IMG/VR virus record: IMGVR_UViG_3300025365_000008
Coordinates: 1 to 35,719 of that record
From: a virus
Lineage: Duplodnaviria > Caudoviricetes
Reading direction: 5' to 3' (one strand)
DNA: 35,719 bases
Shown: piece by piece, positions 25,248 through 33,761 of the stretch
Layout of the letters: every line of letters starts with the position of its first letter
Numbering within the stretch: the first letter of the stretch is position 1
Made by a program: the position numbers and the translations under genes
Notes under the pieces: generated by a model
The model's input: the letters and a program-made list of their open reading frames with translations, nothing else
The model's database searches: none
What the model was told of the DNA's origin: nothing

Positions 25248-25637
25248 ATGACTGCAAATGAATTAATAGAAATAGTTGAAAGTGAAAATCACAATCCATT
25301 TCTTGAAGAAATATCTGATATGTTGCGTCAACAAGCACAAGAAATAGCAGATTTAAAGATTTCCAATCAAGATTTAAAGTATCAATTGATTCAAAAGGCA
25401 AATGAACAAGTTTTAAATGATTTTAAAGAATTGATTGATGAAGACGATGATATTTTTCGCAAAGAACAAGTGGAAAAGTTTTATGCCGAAGCAAGACCTT
25501 TGCCTGAAAAATATAAACCTCGTGAATTAACTGATGATGAAATAATTGACGCTTGGAAAATGTTTCCAAACTGGGGACATGAACAACATATTTTAATGTT
25601 TGGCAGAGAGTTATTAAAGAAAGCGAGTGAAAAATGA
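25248..25637 (+). CDS. Hypothetical modular protein (cassette 2)
   Basis: MTANEL...MLRQQAQEI...RELTDDEI...LLKKASEK. Confidence 0.7.
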   Translation: MTANELIEIVESENHNPFLEEISDMLRQQAQEIADLKISNQDLKYQLIQKANEQVLNDFKELIDEDDDIFRKEQVEKFYAEARPLPEKYKPRELTDDEIIDAWKMFPNWGHEQHILMFGRELLKKASEK

Positions 25638-25801
25638 GTACTTATCGAAACATTGAATTAAAGAATGATATGTATGAAATAACAGTCATTTGTTCGCAAA
25701 CACCGATGGAAAAAAGATATTTCAAAACACTTAATGAATGCCAAGAATTTTCCAAGCAATATTTTAGTAATAATTATTTAAAGAAAGCGAGTGAGAAATG
25801 A
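25634..25801 (+). CDS. Hypothetical protein, 55 aa (cassette 3, not in ORF track)
   Basis: MSTYRNIELKNDMYEITVICSQ...YLKKASEK; exactly spans repeat 3 to repeat 4. Confidence 0.65.
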   Translation: MSTYRNIELKNDMYEITVICSQTPMEKRYFKTLNECQEFSKQYFSNNYLKKASEK

Positions 25802-26052
25802 CTTTAAGGCTTAAACCATCTTATATGAAATGGACACCAGACGAATTAGCAGATGCTTTAAAAAACTGGTTAGGCAACAGAGAACAACTTTTCGCGGCAG
25901 CAAATATGCTCCTAGACCAAGCAAAAGAAATTGAACGCTATCACAATATGTTGCATGATAAAGATGTAGAAATAACAACACTAAAACAAATCATTGATGC
26001 AAACAATTTAATGTCAGATATTGGACAGTTTAAGAAAGCGAGAGAAAAATGA
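25798..26052 (+). CDS. Hypothetical protein (cassette 4)
   Basis: ELADAL...AANMLLDQAKEI...FKKAREK. Confidence 0.65.
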   Translation: MTLRLKPSYMKWTPDELADALKNWLGNREQLFAAANMLLDQAKEIERYHNMLHDKDVEITTLKQIIDANNLMSDIGQFKKAREK

Positions 26053-26135
26053 AACTAAAAGATTATTTAGCATCACTTTTATTGGCAGTAGCCTGGGGAT
26101 TTTGGTTGGGTTATTTAATTTGGGGGCATAAATAA
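26049..26135 (+). CDS. Small single-TM peptide (28 aa)
   Basis: MKLKDYLASLLLAVAWGFWLGYLIWGHK; starts in repeat 5. Confidence 0.55.
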   Translation: MKLKDYLASLLLAVAWGFWLGYLIWGHK

Positions 26136-26230
26136 TGATTCAAACATTTCTAAGCGATTTAGTTATATTTTGTTTTGGATATATATTTTGTCTAATTGTT
26201 CACTTTAATTTATTTGGAGATAATAAATGA
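26135..26230 (+). CDS. Small single-TM peptide (31 aa)
   Basis: MIQTFLSDLVIFCFGYIFCLIVHFNLFGDNK; TAATG coupling. Confidence 0.5.
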   Translation: MIQTFLSDLVIFCFGYIFCLIVHFNLFGDNK

Positions 26231-26319
26231 GATTTATATTCTTTTGTTTTTTAGTTGCTTTATTTATTTGCAGTTTAACTATTTTTTTAGTCGAAAACAC
26301 AAGGGGAAGTGTATGTTAA
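26227..26319 (+). CDS. Small single-TM peptide (30 aa)
   Basis: MRFIFFCFLVALFICSLTIFLVENTRGSVC; GGAG RBS, ATGA coupling. Confidence 0.5.
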   Translation: MRFIFFCFLVALFICSLTIFLVENTRGSVC

Positions 26320-26624
26320 GTCCGGATCAAAAAGAATTACTACGAATGGCATCGAGCAAAATGACACCAGAGGACTTTGCTAGTTTAGAGAAAGAAGAAA
26401 AAGAGTTTTATGTAAAACGAGTTGAGGCAGCAATTGCCACAATTCACACAATATCGCCACAAAACTTTTTATTTAAATACGTTAAAGGCGAAAAGCAAGA
26501 TATTGGTGCATTAATGTTGGAGCGTAATTTCTACCATGCACCGATTGGCACAAACCAATTTAATTCAGCCAAGTCGCATCAAATTGTATTTCAAAATCAT
26601 TTAAAGATTAAAGTAGGAATATGA
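26313..26624 (+). CDS. Hypothetical protein
   Basis: Likely start MLSPDQK at 26313 after an AGGGG RBS. Confidence 0.6.
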   Translation: MLSPDQKELLRMASSKMTPEDFASLEKEEKEFYVKRVEAAIATIHTISPQNFLFKYVKGEKQDIGALMLERNFYHAPIGTNQFNSAKSHQIVFQNHLKIKVGI

Positions 26625-26740
26625 ACAATCATCAGCCAGGTTGGAAGAATCCTAATTGGAAATATATTCCAGCCAAATATACCGACATCGTTAAACGATT
26701 TAAAGCACTTGGCTGGATTCCTCCAACACAAAAGAATTAA
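26621..26740 (+). CDS. Small basic phage protein (39 aa)
   Basis: MNNHQPGWKNPNWKYIPAKYTDIVKRFKALGWIPPTQKN; AGGA RBS, ATGA coupling; stop overlaps the convergent stop. Confidence 0.6.
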   Translation: MNNHQPGWKNPNWKYIPAKYTDIVKRFKALGWIPPTQKN

Positions 26741-26928
26741 GGTTTACGCATATTCGGCAGCGGATGAGCTTCTTGGCCATGAGCTTTCTCTGCCGGTAAA
26801 GACATATGTTTATCTAGTTTTTTTTCAAGTCGGACCAATTCATTGTGTTCTTTCTTTTCATGCTCACGCTCAACAATGTAATGGCCTTTTTTACTTTCGT
26901 GGTGCTTACCTTCAATTTTGAATTTCAT
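26737..26928 (-). CDS. His/Lys/Glu-rich hypothetical protein, last gene of the lysis cassette
   Basis: 63 aa; AAGGA RBS. Confidence 0.6.
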   Translation of the reverse strand: MKFKIEGKHHESKKGHYIVEREHEKKEHNELVRLEKKLDKHMSLPAEKAHGQEAHPLPNMRKP

Positions 26929-26937
26929 ATTATTCCT

Positions 26938-27369
26938 TTATGAGTAAATTCTTGTTCCTGTTTTATCAATCACTAATGCTTTCTTTCTTGGAGTGCCACC
27001 TATTTCATTAGGGATGGAGATATGAGTCCAAGAATCAAATTCCCTAATAATCTGATCATAAGCTATATCGGATGCCATGATGGTCTGGATGACTTCATTT
27101 GGTGTCATGCCTGGCACCCTAATGTCGGCTGCACATCCAACACGATGCTGACTAGTATCCTTAGATCCGACTGCATCATTGACCTGTTTAGACCTAAACG
27201 CTGAATTAATCATCACCGGCTTGCCACCTAAGACAGTTTTAACTGTTTCTAAAAATTCAGCTAATCTTTGAAGATTCGCGATTTCAACATCATTAGGAGT
27301 ATTGTCAAACTCTCTGTGGCTAGTGACAGTTAATTCTTCTAAAGTAAAGTGTTCAGTTAGTTGAGTCAT
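26938..27369 (-). CDS. Endolysin, peptidase M15A family
   Basis: HFTLEEL, INSAFRS..VN.AVG..SQH..G.AAD, WTHIS zinc-peptidase motifs. Confidence 0.9.
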   Translation of the reverse strand: MTQLTEHFTLEELTVTSHREFDNTPNDVEIANLQRLAEFLETVKTVLGGKPVMINSAFRSKQVNDAVGSKDTSQHRVGCAADIRVPGMTPNEVIQTIMASDIAYDQIIREFDSWTHISIPNEIGGTPRKKALVIDKTGTRIYS

Positions 27370-27572
27370 TATTTTTCTCCAATTTTAATGCCGGTTATTA
27401 AACCAATAAATCCGCCAATGACAGTTTGAAAACTTGGCCCAATAATTTTAAATACTTCAGTATCATCGACTGACGGATCTAAAATGGCATAGATAAACAT
27501 GAGTAACATGGCCACAATGACACAAACCAATGACCAGGCACAAATTAATAAAACATGATCTTTTACTTTCAT
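27369..27572 (-). CDS. Two-TM membrane protein (holin/antiholin-like)
   Basis: Two hydrophobic helices; between holin and endolysin. Confidence 0.55.
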   Translation of the reverse strand: MKVKDHVLLICAWSLVCVIVAMLLMFIYAILDPSVDDTEVFKIIGPSFQTVIGGFIGLITGIKIGEK

Positions 27573-27976
27573 TTTGAAGCCACTCCTTGAACTTTTTCAA
27601 AAGTTCTGAGTCCACCCATACCAAGCATTCCCATCATTAATTGCCATAGATTATCATCTAAGCCTGGCAATGGTGGAATTACAATTCCGAATATACCGGC
27701 AATAGTGCCTGATAGTGGCCTCAATAAATATTGGTAGGCTAACGCTAAAGCACTTACCCAACCAATTGCTGGTCTCCATCCTGATACAAATAAAGATGGA
27801 TTTGAAGCCTCTGCTTTATTGATGTCAGTCTGTGCAATCATCGATGCAAGTTCACCAGACTGTTGTAATTTGATTAATTCCAACTTTGCATTGGCTGCTT
27901 GAGCTGGATCTGGAAAGATTCGAGTAATTAAAGTATTACCTAAATCTAATGCTGCTGAAATTGGGTCTAGGCTCAT
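27569..27976 (-). CDS. Holin, GTA 3TM family
   Basis: INKAEA...FVSGWRPAIGW...GMLGMGGLRTFEK. Confidence 0.88.
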   Translation of the reverse strand: MSLDPISAALDLGNTLITRIFPDPAQAANAKLELIKLQQSGELASMIAQTDINKAEASNPSLFVSGWRPAIGWVSALALAYQYLLRPLSGTIAGIFGIVIPPLPGLDDNLWQLMMGMLGMGGLRTFEKVQGVASK

Positions 27977-28206
27977 TTATCCACCTTATTATCTAATTTA
28001 TCAAACAGTTTATCTAAAATGGCTTCTAACTTGTCAAACCTTGCATCAATGTCAGTTTTACGAACATAGTTTGTTGGCAAATCAATTTCTAATTTTTTTA
28101 AATCATCTTTAAGATTTTGCGTAGCTTCCCATAACTGTCTAGCAAACCAACCTAAACAAGCTAGTGCTGCACCAATGCCTATGTTTAATAAATTTTGCAT
28201 TTCCAT
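27973..28206 (-). CDS. Membrane-anchored coiled-coil protein in the lysis region
   Basis: N-terminal TM then LPTNYVRK.D...KLDNKVDK. Confidence 0.6.
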   Translation of the reverse strand: MEMQNLLNIGIGAALACLGWFARQLWEATQNLKDDLKKLEIDLPTNYVRKTDIDARFDKLEAILDKLFDKLDNKVDK

Positions 28207-28208
28207 GA

Positions 28209-28937
28209 TTAAGTCTTTTGTATATATGCCAAAGCATAATATGGAGGCATATTACCACCTGTAGGACTAACACCAGCAGAAGCGTTAGCAACTGAAATAC
28301 CTGTTGTTGCTGATGCGGTATTTGATCCACCAACAGCAATAGGTGTACCTGATGGTGCAGTCAATCCTGCAGGATTTGTTGATCCCCCACCATAATTTTG
28401 ATTATGAAAGTGACCAGGGTCTGTAACAGTTGCAGCATGAGTATGACTAGGTAAAACAGAATCAGCAGAACCACCTGTTGAACCTACTGCATAAGTTGCT
28501 CCTGCACCTAAAATAAATGAGTTTCTAAGGTCTGGAGTTCCATTTTGACCATTACATAATACCCAGCCACTAGGAATAGAGCCTAATGAGCCTGACCAAA
28601 TAGCAATTAATCCACTAGGAACTGTTGCCGATACTGTTGGTGCAGTCTGCAAGATACCATAAAGATTATCATAAGTCTGAATCACATTACCATTGCTATC
28701 GCACAATACAAATTTATAACTATATCCATACGTTACCCAAATTTCTGTGGCCGGTCTACCATCGACTCCCAAGACAATTGGATTTGCATTGGCTACATTA
28801 CCGGCATTATCAGAATAGGTGGCTAAAGGAGTGCTAGAACCTGCTTGATAGGTATATAACAGACCGCCATTTAAAGGCAGTCCTGTGGTGGTTAAGAATT
28901 GGAATCCATTCCCAATTGGTGAAAGTAAGACGCTCAT
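28209..28937 (-). CDS. Short tail spike/fibre with N-terminal virion-binding domain and tail-collar-like C-terminus
   Basis: G.PL.GG.LYTY.AG.STP.ATY.D...NPIVL..DGR; IPSGWVLCNGQNGTPDLR, NMPPYYALAYI. Confidence 0.8.
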   Translation of the reverse strand: MSVLLSPIGNGFQFLTTTGLPLNGGLLYTYQAGSSTPLATYSDNAGNVANANPIVLGVDGRPATEIWVTYGYSYKFVLCDSNGNVIQTYDNLYGILQTAPTVSATVPSGLIAIWSGSLGSIPSGWVLCNGQNGTPDLRNSFILGAGATYAVGSTGGSADSVLPSHTHAATVTDPGHFHNQNYGGGSTNPAGLTAPSGTPIAVGGSNTASATTGISVANASAGVSPTGGNMPPYYALAYIQKT

Positions 28938-31213
28938 TTATTTTCCTTGCTGTAATTAACAAAATCACTTATTTTTTTGAGTTGACTTTTAGTTTTTTGA
29001 TTTTTATATATTTGTTTCCCAATCATTGCAATAGGAATAGGGATACCAGTTGTTGCACCTTGTACGCCCATCTCTGTTAATGCACCTAATAATGTTGCAG
29101 CAGTCCCACTAGGATTTGTTACGTTTTGTGGAATTGTTTGTAAATCTTTAGTAACATCATTTAGAGTTCTGTAATGTTCAGCACCTTTTTTTCCAAAAAT
29201 ATATTCTAACTTTCCACTCTTATCTAAATTTTTAATAATTGTGTCTAAGTTTTTTGTTGATACATAAGGCAAACCATTAATATCTAATGAAACTCCTTTA
29301 GTGGCTTCATCTTTAATTTTTTGAGCTACATAACCACGCAACTCATTAATCATTGTTGCACCTTCAGGGCCAGATTTCTCTAACGTAGAAAATAATTTAA
29401 CAACATCGTCTTTAGGTCCTTTTAATAAAGATTTTTCAACTAAATCTTCAATAGCAATTGCACGTTGCGTTGTACCACGTTTTGTTGAAAATATATTTTT
29501 AAGAACAGGAGTGTCTTCAAATTCCGTCATATAATCAGCATTTAATTTTCTTGCTTTTTGATATAACTCACCGCCTTTATTTTCGGTCATTTTATCAATA
29601 ATTCTTATGGCATTTTTACCATAATAAGAATTTGGTCCTGCATCTTGACGTAAAACATTTACCATTTTGCGAACTTCTTCTAAATCATTAATGGTGATTT
29701 TCCCATCTTTTGATAAACGACTTATTTCATTTTCTATTGCATTAATAATTGGTGCATTTTTAGAAGCTGATGCATTTTTTTCTACAAATTTTTGAAGTGG
29801 ATTTATTTCAAGAGGTTCACTCATATGACCGGCTTCTTTTGCTTGAGTATATGCCGGTTCAATTTCAGCTTTTCTAGTGTTTTTATAAGGTTCTACAGTA
29901 TTTACTAACATTTCACCAAGTTTAGGTGTGCCAGCTTCAGAAAATTCAGCACCTGTATCTTGTATAAATTGATTTAAATTTTGTTGAATTTTTGCATTAT
30001 CAGACGCATATTTTTCTTGTAATGGTTGACCTAATACTGGATCTTTAGCGGTTTCTCTAGCAAATCTTACATCGGCTGGGCTTCTTGTTGCCTGATCTTT
30101 TGATAATTCAATAGGAATTGGTAATTCTTTTGCTCTAGCAATTCTTAAATTTTCTTGACCAACTTCAGCAGCACCAGCACCAGATAATGTTGACTTTTGT
30201 TCTAATGGCTCAAGTGTTACAGTAGGTTTTGTTACTGGTTTATTCATTCCTGCAACAGGAAATTCTTTTTTAGCTTCTTCAAATTGTTGACTAATTTGCC
30301 CTGCTGCCTTACCTGTTGCTTTTGCACCAACTTCGCCTGCTTTAATTAATGCTAAATCAGAAAAAAAGGCTACATCATTTTTATTAATGCCTGTTTTATT
30401 TGCAATCCATTGATCGCCTTTTTCTTTGTTTTCACCAATAAAGTTCATAATTTTACCAAGAGCTTCATTCTGATAAACAGGATCATTAGTAATACCAAAT
30501 GCTTTGCCAACAGGCTTATCAACATAACTTGTTAATTTGTCAGAAATCTCTGCTGCTTTATCTGCACCTAAAAATCGTGTGCTTGCTTGACTAATTTTTT
30601 TAGTAAAGAATGGCAATACACTACCAACAGTATTATCAAATTTAGCAGCCAAGTCTTTAGCAACAAACTCTGCTGTTTCTGGTGTAAATCCTGTTACTTC
30701 ACCAATAGCCTTTTGTCCCATATTTTGAATTGCTTCAATTTTGGACATTGAAGGTTTAATTGTCTTTGGCTCATTAGTAACTTTAGGTTGTTCAGTTGCT
30801 GGTGTTTTATCCCATAAATCTGCTAATGTTTCGCCAGTTTGTTTATTAGCATATTTAGATTGAAAATCTTCAAAATGTAAATGAGGACCTGTTGATCTAC
30901 CTGTATTACCTGATTTACCTAATATTTGTCCTGCTTCAATCTTTGATCCATTAGGCACAGAAAATTCATTTAAATGAGCATACCTTTGTAAGACGTTTCC
31001 TTTTTCATCAACAATTTCTACTGCATTGCCATAACCTTTAGGATCGTTGGTCTTATAACGAATTGTTCCAGAGATATTAGCAGCAATAGGAGTATTTAGT
31101 GGAGTTTTATAATCAATACCTTTATGAGTATCAGTAACGCCTCTACTTTGTGGAAATTGAGTAAAATCTTTTGTTGATTGATTTGAATCCCAAAGTTCTG
31201 CTAATGTAGCCAT
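28934..31213 (-). CDS. DNA ejection protein with N-terminal M23 peptidase domain
   Basis: HKGID, GYGN, YAHL, GNTGRSTGPHLHFE; large helical remainder with NPSGTA; P22 gp16 position. Confidence 0.8.
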   Translation of the reverse strand: MATLAELWDSNQSTKDFTQFPQSRGVTDTHKGIDYKTPLNTPIAANISGTIRYKTNDPKGYGNAVEIVDEKGNVLQRYAHLNEFSVPNGSKIEAGQILGKSGNTGRSTGPHLHFEDFQSKYANKQTGETLADLWDKTPATEQPKVTNEPKTIKPSMSKIEAIQNMGQKAIGEVTGFTPETAEFVAKDLAAKFDNTVGSVLPFFTKKISQASTRFLGADKAAEISDKLTSYVDKPVGKAFGITNDPVYQNEALGKIMNFIGENKEKGDQWIANKTGINKNDVAFFSDLALIKAGEVGAKATGKAAGQISQQFEEAKKEFPVAGMNKPVTKPTVTLEPLEQKSTLSGAGAAEVGQENLRIARAKELPIPIELSKDQATRSPADVRFARETAKDPVLGQPLQEKYASDNAKIQQNLNQFIQDTGAEFSEAGTPKLGEMLVNTVEPYKNTRKAEIEPAYTQAKEAGHMSEPLEINPLQKFVEKNASASKNAPIINAIENEISRLSKDGKITINDLEEVRKMVNVLRQDAGPNSYYGKNAIRIIDKMTENKGGELYQKARKLNADYMTEFEDTPVLKNIFSTKRGTTQRAIAIEDLVEKSLLKGPKDDVVKLFSTLEKSGPEGATMINELRGYVAQKIKDEATKGVSLDINGLPYVSTKNLDTIIKNLDKSGKLEYIFGKKGAEHYRTLNDVTKDLQTIPQNVTNPSGTAATLLGALTEMGVQGATTGIPIPIAMIGKQIYKNQKTKSQLKKISDFVNYSKENK

Positions 31214-32547
31214 TATTTTAATATTCCTAATCGTTTAGCTTCTGCAATTTTGTCGCTAACTTCTTTTTGTTGAGTAGGTGACATAGATGCTTTTAACTTA
31301 GCAACTTCGCTAGGTGTCATTTCTTGGAACAATCTGTAATCAGCAAAATTAGAAAACTCAGCCAATTTTTCATTGTATTTATTAATATCTTTAGTATATG
31401 GCTGTAAATAATTGTATTTTGCTTGTTTAAGTTTTTCAACGCCTAATAATTGATTACCCATTGAATCTATTGCTTCTTTAGTCATTGTTTTATTAGGACT
31501 TGTTGCTTCTGCAATAGTTCTAGCTAAATCAGTATTGCCACCAGCTAATTGTAAAATTGCTGAATTTTTAGCCAATTCATCTGTTGCTGTTTTTTCAGCA
31601 GTTAAAATATCAATGCCAACAGAACCTAATAATCCTGCCATTAATTCTTTTCTTTTACCACCAACGCCTGTAAATGCTTCTGGGCCTAACTTTTTAATGT
31701 TTTGAATAACAGGTATTCTATTAGCTGAATCTTTTAAATCTGCTGTTGTTGTAGACCAATCATTTTGTGCAATTTTTGCTTTTTCATTAAACATTGGCCC
31801 TTGTGAAGAAACAATAGGAGTTCCTTGAGGAACAGCACCAAGATATGTGTTTTCTCCTGTTGGTGTTTGAATTGGTGTTGTTGGTGGCAATTGATTAATA
31901 AATGTTGTGCCTGGTATTGCTTGGCCTTCTTGCATACCAGCAAATGGATTAGTATTTACTGTTGCACCACCTGCTCCTGTACTTACTTGAACTCCACTAG
32001 GTGCTAATGCATTAGTTCTTGACTGTGAAGTTAATCCTAAAATATGTCTTTGTTTTAAATAATCTTGTAATTGCCCTGGATTATTTTGAGCAATGTCAAT
32101 GTAAGGCTGAATTAATTCTAATGATTTTGCCTCATCAATTCCAGCCTCACGACCTTGTTGTAACCCCCATTTTTTTACATTTTCTACTAATTTATTTTTA
32201 TCAATAGAATCGGGATTTTTAGCAGCATTAACAATCATTGAATCAAATATCTTAGAAACATATCCATTAGCAATTGCATTTTGTTTTTTAGTCGCTAAAT
32301 CAATTCCACCGGATTCGGTTGCTTGCTTTTTTGTTTGAACTTCTAAAGGACCTGTCTGTTCTGCAACATCAGCACCAACTTGAGCTGTGCGAGATTTAGC
32401 CTGTTGTTCAGAAATCATGGATGGATACAATTCTTTCATCTTACTTAATTCATAAGATGATTTTTGAATATTCAGCATATCTGCTAAAGACATTCCTTTA
32501 TTAGGTTCAACTTTAATTGCACTTGTATCGGTTCTAAAATCTGCCAT
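31213..32547 (-). CDS. DNA ejection protein (gp20 position)
   Basis: Helical 444 aa protein between the gp7-like and gp16-like genes. Confidence 0.6.
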   Translation of the reverse strand: MADFRTDTSAIKVEPNKGMSLADMLNIQKSSYELSKMKELYPSMISEQQAKSRTAQVGADVAEQTGPLEVQTKKQATESGGIDLATKKQNAIANGYVSKIFDSMIVNAAKNPDSIDKNKLVENVKKWGLQQGREAGIDEAKSLELIQPYIDIAQNNPGQLQDYLKQRHILGLTSQSRTNALAPSGVQVSTGAGGATVNTNPFAGMQEGQAIPGTTFINQLPPTTPIQTPTGENTYLGAVPQGTPIVSSQGPMFNEKAKIAQNDWSTTTADLKDSANRIPVIQNIKKLGPEAFTGVGGKRKELMAGLLGSVGIDILTAEKTATDELAKNSAILQLAGGNTDLARTIAEATSPNKTMTKEAIDSMGNQLLGVEKLKQAKYNYLQPYTKDINKYNEKLAEFSNFADYRLFQEMTPSEVAKLKASMSPTQQKEVSDKIAEAKRLGILK

Positions 32548-32556
32548 ATTTTATCC

Positions 32557-33309
32557 TTAAGGTACTGGGCCAACAAAATTAGGGTTAGCCATGCCATTAA
32601 TGTATTGCAATCCAGATTGGCCAAAACCACCTGGTTGACTTAATCCAGTTCCACCGCCTTGTCCAATACCAGATAAATACGCATAATTGCCCACGTTACT
32701 TAATCCTCCGGCATAGGCATTAGCTTGACCTACTTGGCCGGCTGCTTGTGCTTGTCCGATGCCTTGCGTAAGTTGAGCCACATTAGTGCCTGTACCAAGC
32801 TGTGCATTGGCAGTACCAGCTGCACCTTGATAACCAAGTCCAGCAATGCCTGCTAATCGATTATAAATATTAGTTTGGTTTGCGCTGTAATTATTAAATG
32901 CGTTTTGATAAGCACCTTGAGCATAATTTTGCGTATAGTCTTGTAACCCTTTAAGTGCATTACCACCGACCATGCCACCTGTGGCATTATTGGCTGCGTT
33001 GGTTGCACCTTGCCCTTGTTGTAGCTGAAAAGCATAATTTGGTGCTAAATTGGCATTTAAATCTTGATTATTAAATTGATTAGTTAAATAAGGAATATTT
33101 TGAGTTAATGCGTTTACGCCAGTTTGTCCTAATTGCGTATATGGTGCAAATTGCTGACTGGCTTGTTGGCCAGTCTGTAATAATTGATCTTGCGCTCTAG
33201 CATTGGCATCAGCTTGGGTTTGTGCAGCTTTTTGAGCGGCATTGCCTTGAATCGCAGCACCTGCTAAAGATGCACCCCCCATAATTACTGCCGCAGTTAC
33301 CCATGTCAT
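32557..33309 (-). CDS. DNA transfer (pilot) protein, P22 gp7-like
   Basis: G/A/Q/N-rich, hydrophobic N-terminus, APY..G, PNYAFQLQQG, GGNALKGLQDY. Confidence 0.8.
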   Translation of the reverse strand: MTWVTAAVIMGGASLAGAAIQGNAAQKAAQTQADANARAQDQLLQTGQQASQQFAPYTQLGQTGVNALTQNIPYLTNQFNNQDLNANLAPNYAFQLQQGQGATNAANNATGGMVGGNALKGLQDYTQNYAQGAYQNAFNNYSANQTNIYNRLAGIAGLGYQGAAGTANAQLGTGTNVAQLTQGIGQAQAAGQVGQANAYAGGLSNVGNYAYLSGIGQGGGTGLSQPGGFGQSGLQYINGMANPNFVGPVP

Positions 33310-33761
33310 AATACATTCTCCTTACTCTCTATTTTAAACTTTTTAAGTTCATTTGCAAAATTAAAAAGTGCAGTATCATCTGGTTCAATTAATTGATGTT
33401 CAATTTTCTCTAAATCGGTTTCATCTGTTTTATGAATGGTAATACCAATTGCATCAGTTAAAGCCAAAGTAACTCGTTTAGTGCCAGCTTTGGATTCAAC
33501 AATATCCCCTGCGTTTAATGTTTTCATCCCTAATTCTGTCCATGCCATTATTTGGCCACTTGCACATAAGAAAATATGATCTTCTTTATGAATTTTGCCA
33601 ACAATCAATGTGCCTGCCGGTCTGAATACTTTTCGGCAATACATCCCACCACTAAAATAATGCTCAGTCTTTAATTCAGCTTGTGGCATCTTGACCATTT
33701 CGGATTGCAAAGTATTAATTTGCTCACGACTAGGGATAAAATGTTCAATAATTTCAGACAT
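33306..33761 (-). CDS. Cupin-like hypothetical virion-cluster protein
   Basis: EHYFSGGMYCR...PAGTLIVGKIHKEDH...S.AGTKR; likely ATG at 33761. Confidence 0.6.
   Translation of the reverse strand: MSEIIEHFIPSREQINTLQSEMVKMPQAELKTEHYFSGGMYCRKVFRPAGTLIVGKIHKEDHIFLCASGQIMAWTELGMKTLNAGDIVESKAGTKRVTLALTDAIGITIHKTDETDLEKIEHQLIEPDDTALFNFANELKKFKIESKENVL

Larger units (their letters stand above)
24830..26052 (+). repeat. Five dispersed 23-bp direct repeats (consensus TAAAGAAAGCGAGTGAVAAATGA) at consecutive gene junctions
   Basis: Copies at 24830-24852, 25229-25251, 25615-25637, 25779-25801 and 26030-26052. Confidence 0.9.

Noticed and set aside
24830-26052. CRISPR array
   Set aside because: Intervals are 141-376 bp, unequal and protein-coding; repeats are not palindromic; no cas operon
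26196-26312. Hydrophobic N-terminal extension of the 142-aa ORF
   Set aside because: Better explained by coupled small ORFs in other frames and an RBS-preceded ATG at 26313
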